The notes under the pieces were generated by a model. That model saw nothing but the letters and a program-made list of their open reading frames with translations. It made no database searches and was not told where the DNA came from. Below are positions 9,359-20,263 of a stretch of DNA of 64,000 nucleotides, in pieces. The DNA is from an uncultured Acidobacteriota bacterium (GTDB taxonomy: Bacteria; Acidobacteriota; Terriglobia; UBA7540). The stretch lies in contig CAWDSK010000003.1 in assembly GCA_963804995.1 (NCBI GenBank), forward strand, positions 352,001 to 416,000, written 5' to 3'. The translations under genes and the position numbers were made by a program. Each line of letters opens with the position of its first letter. Within the stretch, counting starts at the first letter, position 1.

Positions 9359-10880
9359 ATGGAAACCCTGGTCGAATGCGTTCCGAACTTCAGTGAAGGG
9401 CGCGACCCCGCCGTCGTGGACGCAATCGTTCGGGCGCTTCTCGCCGGGCCTGACGTTTACCTGCTTGACCAGCAGATGGATGTTGACCATAACCGCTCGG
9501 TAATCACCCTCGTCGGAACGCGCGAGAGCGTGGGCAAGGCTGCAGTGCGAGGCATTGGCGAGGCCGCAGAACTGATCGACTTGAACCATCACCAGGGCAC
9601 GCACCCTCGCCTGGGCGCGACGGACGTTGTTCCCTTCGTTCCCATCACCGGCGTTACGCTGGAGGACTGCGTGTACATTGCCGAATGGGTGGCGGAAGAA
9701 GCTTGGCGGCGCTTCAAGGTTCCAACTTATCTTTATGAGGCGGCAGCGCGCCGGCCGGAGCGGCGGAATCTGGAGAATGTCCGCCGCGGCCAGTTTGAAG
9801 GTCTGCGCGAAGAACTCCAGACTAATCCCGCCCGCCGCCCCGATTTTGGTGACGCGGCACTGCACCCGACGGCGGGCGCTACGGCCGTAGGAGCCCGCAA
9901 GTTCCTGATTGCTTTCAACATCAACTTGAACACCCCGGATGTCGCTTTGGCCCAAGCCATCGCTCAGAAGATTCGCGCTTCGAGCGGCGGATTCGCCTGC
10001 GTCAAAGCGATGGGCGTGGAATTGAAGGCTCGCCACCTCACGCAGGTTTCCATGAACCTGACGGATTTTGAGACCACCTCGATGGGAACCGTTTTCGACG
10101 CAGTGGCGAAAGAAGCCGCCGCGCACGGTGTCACCATTGCCGGCAGTGAGATCGTGGGCCTGGTCCCCCGCCGGGCGCTCGAAGATGCCGCAGCACATGA
10201 CTTGCAACTCGAGAATTTCCGGCCGGAATTGATTGTCGAAAACCGCCTGGAGCAGGTGCTCAACCAACAAGCAAGCCGGGGCACGCCATGGCATGCCCCG
10301 ACTACCGCGCTGCGGGCGATGGTCGAGGAGTTCGTGAGTGCGGTGGCAGCGCCCACGCCGATGCCTGGCGGTGGCAGCGTGACCGCTCTCGCCGCCGCCC
10401 TGGCCGCGGCGCTAGGCGAAATGGTTTGTGGGGTGTCGCTGAAACGCAAATCGCTCGCGGCGCACCACACGACGCTCGAAGCGGCGCGCGCGCGCCTGGC
10501 TGCTGGGCGGGAACGGCTGATGGAAAACATCGACCGGGACGCGCAGAGTTATGAGGGGGTGATGCGGGCTTTCAAATTGCCGAAAACCACGGACGTAGAA
10601 CAAGCCGCAAGCAATCAAGCTATCGAGGCCGCGAGCAAGGCCGCATGCTCTGTGCCGCTGGAGACAGCGGAGATGGCAGTGGCGGTGGAGCGCGAATTAG
10701 CAGGCCTTACGGGAATTACCATTCCTCAAGCCGCCTCGGACTTGACCGTAGCCGCTCACCTCGCGCAAACCGCAAGGCAGGGTGCAATGGAGAATGTCCG
10801 TGCGAATCTTGCCAGTGTTCACGATGAAGAGTGGTTGCGTGAAACTGAGGCGAGGCTTCGAAGCGCTCGAGACCACCTGA
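9359..10880 (+). CDS. ftcd: Glutamate formimidoyltransferase / formiminotetrahydrofolate cyclodeaminase fusion
   Basis: VECVPNFSEGR, DHNRSVIT, HPRLGATDVVPFVP and PGGGSV motifs; removing one base at cttcgaa (10856-10862) gives ..RLEALETT* ending at 10880 (ORF track runs on to 11068). Confidence 0.88.
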
Positions 10881-10967
10881 CCTACGGGCCCCAATATTCT
10901 ATCCGCAGACCGGTGAAACCACCCCCTGGAACACAGCAATCCTTCGTCCCCCTCGGATTCGGTAGAC

Positions 10968-11006
10968 GAAGAACCGCAGACCCCAACGACGGGGGGTCTG
11001 CGCTAC
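10968..11006 (-). repeat. Single GTAG-type REP (family A)
   Basis: gaagaaccgcagaccccaacgacggggggtctgcgctac, same family as the 29657-30378 array. Confidence 0.75.
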
Positions 11007-11075
11007 GCTTGCTTCCGCTCTGCCGCCCCGCCCTTCCGTCCCGTAGTGCGAAATCCGCGTTATACTAATCGATCC

Positions 11076-12416
11076 ATGAGTCCGACTCCGACAACCCAAT
11101 ACGGTCAGGCGCCGGCCGCGCCATCCCTGCCGGAGGTGCACCGGAGTGTAATTGTCCCGGCGGGGGCGGGTTTCTGGCGGAAGCTTCTGGCTTTCTCAGG
11201 GCCGGGGTTTCTGGTAGCCGTCGGTTACATGGACCCGGGCAACTGGGCCACGGACATCGCCGGCGGATCGCGTTTCGCTTACCAATTGATCTCCGTTCTG
11301 ATGATCTCCAATCTCATGGCGATCTTGGTGCAGGCGCTTGCCGCGCGCCTCGGCATTGCCACGCAGCATGACCTCGCGCAGGCCTGCAAGGCCCATTATT
11401 CGCCGCGGATCAGCATCCTCCTCTGGGTTTTCTGTGAAATTGCCATCGCGGCGTGCGACTTGGCGGAGGTCATCGGCTCCGCCATCGCCCTCAACCTGCT
11501 TTTTCATATTCCCCTGCTGCTCGGCGTCTGCTTGACGGCGCTCGATGTCCTCGCCATCCTCTATCTGCAGCACAGAGGTTTCCGCTATCTCGAGGCCCTG
11601 GTGGTCTCGCTCATCGGGATTATCGGCGGTTGTTACCTCGTGGAACTCCTGCTGGTGCGGCCGAACGTCATGGCGATTGCCAAGGGGTTCATCCCCACGC
11701 CGGAAATCCTCACCAACCACGAGATGCTGTACATTGCTATTGGCATGCTGGGAGCCACCGTCATGCCGCACAATCTCTATCTCCACTCGTCGCTGGTGCA
11801 GACGCGGGCCATCGACCGCACGCGCGAGGGCATCAAGACGGCGATGCGATACAATTTCCTGGATTCATTCCTGGCGCTCAACTTTGCCTTTCTGATTAAT
11901 GCCGCGATTCTGATTATGGCAGCGGGTACGTTCTATCGAGCCGGGTATACGCAGGTCGCGGAAATCCAGGAGGCGTACCACACCCTGACTCCTTTGCTCG
12001 GATCGCAACTTGCCGCCATCCTGTTTGCCATTGCCCTGCTCTGTTCCGGCCAGAACTCCACCTTGACGGGAACCCTGGCGGGCCAGATCGTCATGGAAGG
12101 ATTTCTCAACATTCGCCTGGTTCCCTGGCTGCGCCGGTTGATCACACGACTGCTGGCCATTATCCCGGCTATCATCACCGTCATCTTTTTCGGCCAAGCG
12201 GGCACCGCCAAGCTCCTGATATTCAGCCAGGTCATCCTGAGCCTGCAACTCTCTTTCGCCGTCGTTCCCCTGGTGCAGTTCACCAGCGACCGGCGCAAGA
12301 TGGGGGAATTCGTAAACCCGCGCTGGTTGAAATTGCTTTCGTGGACCACGGCGGGAATCATCGCGGCACTGAACGCATATCTTCTGGTTCAAACCGTTCG
12401 AGATTGGATTCATTAA
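11076..12416 (+). CDS. mntH: Nramp-family Mn2+/Fe2+ transporter
   Basis: GYMDPGNWATD and GATVMPHNLYLHS motifs; many transmembrane segments. Confidence 0.93.
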   Translation: MSPTPTTQYGQAPAAPSLPEVHRSVIVPAGAGFWRKLLAFSGPGFLVAVGYMDPGNWATDIAGGSRFAYQLISVLMISNLMAILVQALAARLGIATQHDLAQACKAHYSPRISILLWVFCEIAIAACDLAEVIGSAIALNLLFHIPLLLGVCLTALDVLAILYLQHRGFRYLEALVVSLIGIIGGCYLVELLLVRPNVMAIAKGFIPTPEILTNHEMLYIAIGMLGATVMPHNLYLHSSLVQTRAIDRTREGIKTAMRYNFLDSFLALNFAFLINAAILIMAAGTFYRAGYTQVAEIQEAYHTLTPLLGSQLAAILFAIALLCSGQNSTLTGTLAGQIVMEGFLNIRLVPWLRRLITRLLAIIPAIITVIFFGQAGTAKLLIFSQVILSLQLSFAVVPLVQFTSDRRKMGEFVNPRWLKLLSWTTAGIIAALNAYLLVQTVRDWIH

Positions 12417-12427
12417 CGAGGCGGGCG

Positions 12428-12856
12428 ATGTTCAAAAGAATACTGGTGGCTCTGGACCATAGCAAGGCCGACGGTTTCCTTTTGCCACGCATTAAGGAAT
12501 TGGCGCGCTTGACCGGTGCGGAGATTCTCCTGCTGCATGTATCCACGGGTTGGGCGGCGCAGTGGCAGGAAAACCTGAATCTGTCTGATTCCCAGGAAAT
12601 CAAAGAGGACCGCGAGTTTTTGGAGAAGGTGGCAAGCGATTTGCGCAGCGAGAATTTCCAGGTCACGGTGCGGCATGCCAGAGGTGAGCCCGCGCGCGCC
12701 ATTCTGCACACGGCGCACGCCGATCAATGCGACCTGATCGCCATGGCCACGCACGGGCACCGGTTGATCTCCGATCTCATCCACGGCACGACCATCACCA
12801 AGGTGCGGCATGAAAGCACCGTACCAATCTTTTTGGTCAAAGCGGAGATGGACTGA
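12428..12856 (+). CDS. Universal stress protein (UspA family)
   Basis: MFKRILVALDHS...DLIAMATHGH..GT. Confidence 0.88.
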   Translation: MFKRILVALDHSKADGFLLPRIKELARLTGAEILLLHVSTGWAAQWQENLNLSDSQEIKEDREFLEKVASDLRSENFQVTVRHARGEPARAILHTAHADQCDLIAMATHGHRLISDLIHGTTITKVRHESTVPIFLVKAEMD

Positions 12857-12927
12857 CCCGTATTTCCTTGCCCTCGCAAGAAATTCAGGCTAAAAGAAAC
12901 ACAGGGCTTCGGGGAGAATTCAAATAC

Positions 12928-14031
12928 ATGTTGATGCCAGGACACGCTACGCCGGAGGGCACCGCTCGCTACCGGGATCGCTTTGAGCCGGCCCTGCCGG
13001 GCAATTTCCGTGAAGTCCAGAACCTCTGGATATCTTCGATTGGGATTGGAACCTACCTGGGAGAGCCCACGGCCGCCTATGACGCGCTTTATCGCGAGGC
13101 AGTGGCCGAGGCCTTGGAGAGTGGAATAAACATCGTTGACACGGCCGTAAATTACCGGCACCAGCGCAGCGAGCGGGCCATCGCCCAGGCGCTTGCCGCG
13201 GCGATTTCAGAGGGCAAGATCCGGCGCGATGAGGTGATGATTGCCACTAAGGGTGGCTTTCTGACTTTCGATGCCGGCGAGCCCGAGGACCCCTCCGCGT
13301 ATTTTCAGCAGACGCTTGTCGATACGGGTTTGGTGCGCTTGGAAGAAGTGGTGGCGGGCTGCCACGTGATGTCCCCGAAGTACCTGGAGAACCAGATTGA
13401 CGTGAGCCGGCGGAATTTGGGGCTCGAGACCTTGGATATTTATTACCTACATAATCCCGAAACTCAAATCCCTCATGTGTCGCGCGAGGAGTTTGACCGG
13501 CGGGTGAGGGCAGCCTTTGCAGCCCTGGAGAAAGGTGCGAGCGAAGGCAAGCTTCGTGTTTACGGAACCGCGACCTGGAACGGTTATCGCGTGGGACAGG
13601 AGTCGCGCGAGGCACTGTCGCTCGCAGACCTGCTGCGTGCCGCGGAAGAGGTAGGCGGCAAGGACCACCATTTTCGCGCCATCCAATTGCCCTTCAACCT
13701 CGCCATGCCGGAGGCCCTGGCGGCCAGCACCCAGCGCCTCGACGGCAGAGCGGTTCCGGTCTTGCAGGTGGCACGCTCAAACGGCATGATGGTTTTCGCC
13801 AGCGCCAGTCTGTTGCAACAGAAACTGGCGGAAGGCCTGCCGAAGGAAATCCGCGAACGGCTCCCCGGAATGAATACCGACGCTCAGCGGGCCATTCAGT
13901 TCGTGCGCTCCACCCCCGGAATTACCAGCGCGCTGGTGGGAATGAGCCATCGCGATCACGTGAAAGAGAACCTCGGCACAGCGCGCACACCGCCGCTTAC
14001 TATCGAGCAGTATCGCGCCATGTTCAGCTAG
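12928..14031 (+). CDS. Aldo/keto reductase
   Basis: SIGIGTY, DTAVNY, ATKGG, LDIYYLHNP and QLPFNL motifs; GGGGAG RBS. Confidence 0.85.
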   Translation: MLMPGHATPEGTARYRDRFEPALPGNFREVQNLWISSIGIGTYLGEPTAAYDALYREAVAEALESGINIVDTAVNYRHQRSERAIAQALAAAISEGKIRRDEVMIATKGGFLTFDAGEPEDPSAYFQQTLVDTGLVRLEEVVAGCHVMSPKYLENQIDVSRRNLGLETLDIYYLHNPETQIPHVSREEFDRRVRAAFAALEKGASEGKLRVYGTATWNGYRVGQESREALSLADLLRAAEEVGGKDHHFRAIQLPFNLAMPEALAASTQRLDGRAVPVLQVARSNGMMVFASASLLQQKLAEGLPKEIRERLPGMNTDAQRAIQFVRSTPGITSALVGMSHRDHVKENLGTARTPPLTIEQYRAMFS

Positions 14032-14326
14032 TCCGGTTTTCTTACGAAGCTGGGATGCCCTTGGGGGCTTTGGAAGGGCGGCGTTGATGGTTTTTGAATT
14101 TCTAACTTGTAGAATTCTCAAACGCCCAAGTGCCCCCTCACCCGTCCCGCCCCGGCTGATGAATACGCCGGCGGCGGTCCACCCTCTCCCCTCGGAGAGG
14201 GCTGTTATTCACGGTGGGGTGCTCCATCGGCATATGCAGAAGATAGGTCTCCAATTCGGCCAGTGGGCGCTTCGATATAACTTTCCCGTGGCCGGAACTA
14301 CCCTGAAATAATAGCCTTCTCCCCAG

Positions 14327-16031
14327 GAGCTTGTGACTTTTTGGGTCACCAGTGAGGGGGGATGGGTGGGGGGAGGAGGCAGAAAATCGGGAGCGGAGGT
14401 ACGGAGAGAGAAAAAAGCTGGCGGTTGGGTCGGTACTTGTATTAATATAAATGTTATGGACAACGTTTTACATTCAGATGATTTTAAATTAGGAATGGAA
14501 CCGGCGGTAGGTCAGGAAGCGGAAGGAAAGGAAGAGAAGGGCGCGAAGGGGGCAGCAGAGCGGCGCGGGGCGGTGCGTTTGCGCCGGCCGGAGCGCCAGC
14601 AGATGGCCTGGGTGGCGCAATGTCCGGACGATCTGGTGGGGCCGGGGCACGGGGTGCGGCGGGTGGCGGCGGTGGTGGAGCGCTTGGACTTAGCGGCGTT
14701 CCGCCTGCCGATCAAGGCGCGGGAAGGAGGGGCTGGACGGGACGCGACCGATCCCCAGCTTTTAGTGTCGCTGTGGTTATACGCCTGTGTGCGGGGCATC
14801 GGTGCGGCGCGCGAACTGGCGCGGCAGTGCCAGGAGCATGCGGCCTTTCGCTGGCTGTGCGGAGGGGTGACGGTGAACCACCGTTTGCTGTCGGACTTTC
14901 GCACCGATCACGCCGAGGCCTTGGACACCCTGTTCACGCAAGTGATCGCTGCTCTGGTGGATAAAGGAGTGGTGAAGGTCAGCCGCATCAGCCAGGACGG
15001 AATGCGGGTGCGGGTGGGGGCGGGGAAGAAGAGTTTTCGGCGGGAAAGGCGGCTGGAGGAACTGCTGGGGGAAGCGGAACGGCACGTGGCGGAGTTGAGA
15101 CGGCAACTGGAGTCGCCGGAAGGAGCGGGGCTGAGCGCGCGGCAAGCGGCGGCGCGGAAGCGGGCGGCGCAGGAGCGGCAGAAACGCCTGCAGGAGGCGA
15201 TTGCGCAACTGCCGGAGCTGCAACGCCGGCACACCGCAAGGGTAAAGCGGACGGGGGGAAAACGGGGCCAGGAGATTGCGGCGCAGCCTCCGCGGGTGAG
15301 CACGACGGATGCGGAAGCGCGCATCATGAAGATGCCCAACGGGGGCTACGACCCGGCGGTGAATGTGCAGTTGGCGGCGGACCCGGAGAGCCGCGCCATT
15401 GTGGGGGTGGAGGTGAGCGCGGAAGGTTCGGACTCGGGAGGACTGAGCGCGCCGCTGCGGGAACAGGTGGAACAGCGCACGGGCGGGAAGGTGGAAGAGC
15501 ACTTGTTGGACGGCGGGTACCTGCGCAAGGAAGACTTGGAAGCGGCACACGCGCAGGGCGTGGCGCTGTTCATCCCGCCGCACACGGCGCAAAATCGTCA
15601 GAAGCGGGGGAAGGAACTGGAGCCCCAGAAGGGCGACAGCGAGGCCGTACGAGAGTGGAAGCAACGCATGAAAAGTGAGGAGGGAAAGAAAATCTATCAG
15701 CAGAGAGCGGCGACGAGTGAAACCGTCAACGCCGACTTGCGCACCTATCGCGGTTTGGGCCGCATCCTGGTGCGCGGGCTGGCCAAGGCACGCTGCGTGG
15801 CACTGTGGTGCGCCCTGGCTTACAACGTGATGCACTTCGCGCCCCTGTTGCTGGGCTAACCAAGCCCTGCCCAGCCGTACCGGGCACGGGTGTAGGGCGG
15901 ATTCCCCCGGTACTCCTTGCCGCGCGGCACCGCTCCACCGGCCAAGGGGAGCCCTCTCGCGCACTTCCCAAGCTGCCCACTACCTGACCCGCCCCACCGC
16001 GTAACGGTGGCTTCGAAAAAGTCACAAGCTC
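14327..16031 (+). mobile_element. IS1182-family insertion sequence (1705 bp)
   Basis: Perfect 16-bp inverted repeat gagcttgtgacttttt / aaaaagtcacaagctc; cag (possibly ccag) duplicated; single transposase gene. Confidence 0.88.
14456..15859 (+). CDS. IS1182-family DDE transposase
   Basis: DUF772-like LWLYA..GI..ARELARQC....FRWLCGG..VNHRLLSDFR; QDG, TTDAEARIMK, LDGGY and YQQRAATSE motifs; start codon uncertain. Confidence 0.88.
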   Translation: MDNVLHSDDFKLGMEPAVGQEAEGKEEKGAKGAAERRGAVRLRRPERQQMAWVAQCPDDLVGPGHGVRRVAAVVERLDLAAFRLPIKAREGGAGRDATDPQLLVSLWLYACVRGIGAARELARQCQEHAAFRWLCGGVTVNHRLLSDFRTDHAEALDTLFTQVIAALVDKGVVKVSRISQDGMRVRVGAGKKSFRRERRLEELLGEAERHVAELRRQLESPEGAGLSARQAAARKRAAQERQKRLQEAIAQLPELQRRHTARVKRTGGKRGQEIAAQPPRVSTTDAEARIMKMPNGGYDPAVNVQLAADPESRAIVGVEVSAEGSDSGGLSAPLREQVEQRTGGKVEEHLLDGGYLRKEDLEAAHAQGVALFIPPHTAQNRQKRGKELEPQKGDSEAVREWKQRMKSEEGKKIYQQRAATSETVNADLRTYRGLGRILVRGLAKARCVALWCALAYNVMHFAPLLLG

Positions 16032-16223
16032 CAGGGGAGAAGGTGGCTGACGTAGGAGGCCGGATGAGGGGTTACTTACACACTCAGGGCGTCGAAACAA
16101 GTTACAACTTATAAATTCAAAAGCCATTAGCCCCGCCCTTCCAAAGCCGTGGTGAGGAATTCAGGCTAGTGAGGAGCGGTTGGCCGGGCAGAATACCTTA
16201 CGGCGTAGACAGAGACCTCAGCG

Positions 16224-17042
16224 ATGAACAACGCATCTGACAACCGGCTGACGCGGGCCGTTGAGGCTCTTGGCCAGGCGGATTTCCCCGTGGCGATCAG
16301 CCTGCTGGAGGAGTTGGTGCTCGAAGACTCCGCGAATGCCGATGCCTGGAGCCAATTGGGCTTGTGCTACCTTGAGACCCAGAGGGGCGCCGACGCGTTG
16401 GAGGCCCTTTCGCGCGCCGTCACAGCCGCGCCCACTGACGCCAACGCCCACTATCTCTTGGGCAATGCTTACGGATCGATGGGGCAGTTGGATCGTGCCG
16501 CCGCTTGCTATCGGCAGGCACTCGCGATTGATCCTCACCATACCAAAGCGGAAGAGTTTCTGATCAAGGCCGAATCACTGCTGGAGAGCCGGGAGCACTA
16601 CCGCTCCGGACTGAGCCTACTCTATTCTCAAAATCCCTCACCGCCAGACTTGACCCGCGCCCTCCGTGAGCTGGTGCAGTCGGTGGCGATTTTTGAAAAC
16701 TCCCCGGCGCGCGACAATCTGCTGGAATGTGCGCGCCGGCTGCTGGACCTATGGCAGGAGTTTCCGGTTCCGATGAAGGTCACGCCCGAGCTTGAACCAT
16801 GGGCGGCTGCTTGTGAGCGAGGCTTTCAATGCATTCGCTACAAGAATTGGGTCGGCGCCCAGGCAGCTTACGAGGAAGCCTTGACCTATCGCATCACCGA
16901 CCCGTTTGTCCATCACGCCCTCGGTTTCAGCTTCATCGAACTCGGTGAAACGGATAACGCCGTCCATGCCTGGTTGCGGACGGTCGAGCTCAACTCGAAC
17001 TACGATTTCACACAATTCGGCCGCGTCCAGCGCGAGGCCTGA
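16224..17042 (+). CDS. Tetratricopeptide-repeat protein
   Basis: AWSQLGLCY, AHYLLGNAY and VHHALGFSF repeat units. Confidence 0.8.
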   Translation: MNNASDNRLTRAVEALGQADFPVAISLLEELVLEDSANADAWSQLGLCYLETQRGADALEALSRAVTAAPTDANAHYLLGNAYGSMGQLDRAAACYRQALAIDPHHTKAEEFLIKAESLLESREHYRSGLSLLYSQNPSPPDLTRALRELVQSVAIFENSPARDNLLECARRLLDLWQEFPVPMKVTPELEPWAAACERGFQCIRYKNWVGAQAAYEEALTYRITDPFVHHALGFSFIELGETDNAVHAWLRTVELNSNYDFTQFGRVQREA

Positions 17043-17202
17043 AGAGGCTGCGGCTTCTGGGGACTTGTAGGAGCGGGGCAGGTCGGCCGTGGCACCTCAA
17101 TATGCGTCACTACCACCCTGTGAGCGAGCTTGACAAGGCCCTCAGCTTTCCGTAAGTTGGATAAACGCTTGGGCTGGGGCAATCGAGAATCAGGAGACGC
17201 AA

Positions 17203-18036
17203 TTGGCTCGCAAGCCTATCGTTACGCTGATTACGGATTTTGACACCGCGGACCACTTTGTCGGCACCATGAAGGGTGTCATCCTGAACATCAACCCGGA
17301 TGTCGAGATCGTGGACATCTGCCACAAGGTTGCTTCCTACGACATCTTCGACGCGGCCTTCACGCTGGCCCAGAGCTACCGCTTCTTCCCTTCCGATACC
17401 ATCCATATGGTGGTGGTTGATCCGGGCGTAGGCACCTCGCGCCGCCCGCTGCTGGTGCGCACCATGAATTACAAGTTCGTAGCGCCCGATAATGGTGTGC
17501 TCTCCTTGATTTACGAGCGCGAGGAGAATGTGGAAGTCCGCCATATCACCTCGGACCATTATTTCCTCAATCCGGTCAGTTACACCTTCCAAGGGCGCGA
17601 CATCTTTGCTCCAGTCGTGGGCTGGCTGAGCAAATGGGTGGAAACGGATAAGTTCGGTGAGTTGATCACAGACTTTACCAAGCTCACTTCCCCCAAACCC
17701 AAACGCGTGGGCGATAACCTTATCAAGGGCATTGCACTGAAAATAGACAAGTTTGGCAATATCACCACCAACCTTACTCCCGAAGATGTTCCCCAGTTGT
17801 TTTCGGAGAATCCTCCCCCCTTCAAGATCCTCATTAACCAGCAGAAAATCACGCGCTTGAACCTGGCCTACTCGATGGGTAAGCCCTCGGAGATCTTCGC
17901 CATTGTGGGAAGTTCCGGGTATATCGAAATCTGCACCAATCGGGGATCGGCGGCGAAAGTCCTGAACGTGAACCGCGGCGCAGAGGTGGGCGTGATGCTC
18001 GGCAACCCCGCACCGGCAATTACCGAGTCCGCCTAA
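17203..18036 (+). CDS. SAM hydroxide adenosyltransferase / halogenase superfamily protein (DUF62)
   Basis: ITDF..D.FVGTMKGVI, VVDPGVGTSRR, APDNG, TFQGRDIFAP and IDKFGNI motifs; TTG start. Confidence 0.88.
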   Translation: MARKPIVTLITDFDTADHFVGTMKGVILNINPDVEIVDICHKVASYDIFDAAFTLAQSYRFFPSDTIHMVVVDPGVGTSRRPLLVRTMNYKFVAPDNGVLSLIYEREENVEVRHITSDHYFLNPVSYTFQGRDIFAPVVGWLSKWVETDKFGELITDFTKLTSPKPKRVGDNLIKGIALKIDKFGNITTNLTPEDVPQLFSENPPPFKILINQQKITRLNLAYSMGKPSEIFAIVGSSGYIEICTNRGSAAKVLNVNRGAEVGVMLGNPAPAITESA

Positions 18037-18188
18037 GGGGTCGTCCTCCAAAGCAGCATCCCCTGATTTACCGAGTTCCACTCCGGCCACACGTGTCTTG
18101 ACTCACCCCCTCCCCGATGCTAGGCTCACGCAAGTTTTAAGCGCAAACGGTCGATTAGACTGTTGAACCTTCGAGGGGGAGAGACACT

Positions 18189-18896
18189 ATGTTGGGACCT
18201 GAACTGGAAACTTACCGAGGCAACAAGATTGTGATGGTGGTGGTTGCAATCCTGGCACTGATGCCGGCCTCCATTGCCTATCTTGCCTTCACCACCACAC
18301 CCGACAAGGGTTTCCAAGTCTTCGCCCTCTTCCTTCTGGCCGTGCCGATTTTCTTTATCTTCTGGCTCAAGTCGATCCAAGTAACGCTCCACAACGACGG
18401 CATTACCTATCGGTCGCTCTTCGGCGAAAAGGAAATGCGCTGGGATGCGGTGGATCGCTTCGGCTACGAGGCGGTCAAGCGCAGCGTCAATTTCATTCCC
18501 GTCGGGACGTACTACCTTTTTAGATTGAAAGACGCCGAAGGCAAGAAGATGCGCATCGGTAACCGCGTCGAACATCCCGCCAAACTGGGGGAGAAACTCA
18601 TCGAGCTGACCTACCCGGAGCTTTACCGGAAAGTCGTCGAGCGCTACAACAATGGCGAAGTCCTGGATTTTGGCGCGATCAAAGTGAGCCACGCGGACGG
18701 CATCAAAATGAAGAAATTCTTTGGCCACAAAGTAATTCCCTGGAACCAAGTCTCCAGCTATGCCATCCAAAAAGGAACCTTTTACGTTTGGCGGGTTGGA
18801 GAGAAAATCACCTTTGGGTGCAGCCTGCACAATGTCCCCAACGCCTTTGTCTTACTGGGCCTTTTAAAGGCGATTTGCAACCCTAGCGCCACGTGA
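18189..18896 (+). CDS. Hypothetical membrane protein (2 TM plus PH-like domains)
   Basis: Two hydrophobic helices then a beta-rich region with W..V repeats; GGGGGAGAG RBS. Confidence 0.6.
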   Translation: MLGPELETYRGNKIVMVVVAILALMPASIAYLAFTTTPDKGFQVFALFLLAVPIFFIFWLKSIQVTLHNDGITYRSLFGEKEMRWDAVDRFGYEAVKRSVNFIPVGTYYLFRLKDAEGKKMRIGNRVEHPAKLGEKLIELTYPELYRKVVERYNNGEVLDFGAIKVSHADGIKMKKFFGHKVIPWNQVSSYAIQKGTFYVWRVGEKITFGCSLHNVPNAFVLLGLLKAICNPSAT

Positions 18897-19022
18897 GTGC
18901 GGGGTTAGGGGTTGGGGAGGTAGCGCGGTGCAGCGGGGCCGCGAGAGATAACCAAAAGGGAAATGGCAAAAGGTAAAAATGAAAAGCCGCTGCTGACAGT
19001 GGCTACTCCCTGGGCCCTAGAA

Positions 19023-19220
19023 CCCCCTCACCCCCCGGCCCCTCTCCCCCAAAGGGGCGAGGGGGGAGTTAATTTCGGTTTACTAGGATGAGACAGGAAG
19101 GTTGATTTGGATTTATAACCCTCGCCCCTTTGGGGGAGAGGGTGGACCGCCGTCCCAATGCATTCTAATGGGGGGGCGGGAAGGGGGCCCCACGTTTTGC
19201 GCGGTGGGGGTGAGGGGGTC
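19023..19220. repeat. Inverted doublet of family-B hairpin repeats
   Basis: ccctctcccccaaaggggcgaggg ... ccctcgcccctttgggggagaggg, bounded by ccccctcaccc / gggtgaggggg. Confidence 0.7.
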
Positions 19221-19249
19221 ACACAGTAATCATCGAAGGAGGGAATCGT

Positions 19250-20263
19250 ATGAAAACTCATGATTCCCCGGGTGGTGATTTGAAGCTTCGCCGGCCACGC
19301 ACCCCATGGCGCATGCTTTTGGCCGTTGGTGCGTTGCTGGGTACCGCCATCGTCATGGGCGCAGCCATGCAAGCTGGCAAGCGGGAGCCGCCGTGGATGC
19401 CCCCCGATTTGATGCCGGAGCGGCCGCCCATCGTGGGCATTTCGCACATCGGCCTGAAGGTAAGCAACCTCGAGGCGACACGCCAGTTCTACGGGCATGT
19501 CCTCGGGTACGACGAGCCCTTCAAGGTGGATAACCCGGACGGCTCGCTGGCGCACACCTACTTCAAGGTAAACGACCACCAGTACATTGAGATATTCCCA
19601 TCTCTCAAAAGTCCCGACGAGGACCGGCTCTCGCATATTGCATTTGAGACCACGGACTCCCAGGCTTTGCGCGATTATCTTGCTATGAAGGGCGTGAAAG
19701 TCCCCGACCGGGTTAAACCAGGGCACGACGGCAATCTGAACTTCACGATTACCGATCCCGACGGCCACCGGGTGGAATTTGTCCAATACATGCCCGGGTC
19801 ACTGCACATGAGCAACTTCGGCAAGTTTATGCCTGAGACGCGCATCTCCGACCACATCCAACATGTGGGAATCACGGTGGCGGACCGTGCCGCGGCTGAC
19901 AAGTTCTACAAGGATATCCTGGGATTCCGGCTCGGATGGTATGGCGGCGCGACGGACCAGCGCACAGATTATGTGAATATGGGAGTTCCGGAAGGCAATG
20001 ACTGGGTGGAATACATGCTGAACGTCCAGAAACCCACCCCCAGGGAACTGGGCGGTAATCACCACTTGTCGTTGGTAGTGCCCAGCGTTCGGGCGAGCGC
20101 CAAGGTTCTGACCGCTCGTGGATACAAGGCAGAGAAGCCAGACGTAGGGCGCAACGGCAAGCGGCAACTGGATTTGTATGATCCCGACTTGACGCGGGTA
20201 GAACTGATGGAACCCAAGCCCGTCCGGACACCCTGTTGCTCAGTCGTGCCGGATTGGCAGTGA
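19250..20263 (+). CDS. Secreted two-domain VOC/glyoxalase family protein
   Basis: Signal or TM segment; HIGLKV..FY..VLG, HIAF, DPDGHRVE, repeated as HVGITV..FYKDILG and DPDLTRVE. Confidence 0.8.
   Translation: MKTHDSPGGDLKLRRPRTPWRMLLAVGALLGTAIVMGAAMQAGKREPPWMPPDLMPERPPIVGISHIGLKVSNLEATRQFYGHVLGYDEPFKVDNPDGSLAHTYFKVNDHQYIEIFPSLKSPDEDRLSHIAFETTDSQALRDYLAMKGVKVPDRVKPGHDGNLNFTITDPDGHRVEFVQYMPGSLHMSNFGKFMPETRISDHIQHVGITVADRAAADKFYKDILGFRLGWYGGATDQRTDYVNMGVPEGNDWVEYMLNVQKPTPRELGGNHHLSLVVPSVRASAKVLTARGYKAEKPDVGRNGKRQLDLYDPDLTRVELMEPKPVRTPCCSVVPDWQ

Larger units (their letters stand above)
14066..16148. repeat. Fold-back repeat element (outer imperfect inverted repeat of about 65 bp) interrupted by the IS1182 element
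   Basis: 14066-14132 and 16081-16148 are imperfect reverse complements with the outer 16 bp perfect (ggctttggaagggcgg); family-B hairpins lie inside. Confidence 0.7.

Noticed and set aside
10881..11068. C-terminal extension of FTCD
   Set aside because: Runs through a REP; a one-base fix at cttcgaa gives a natural stop at 10880
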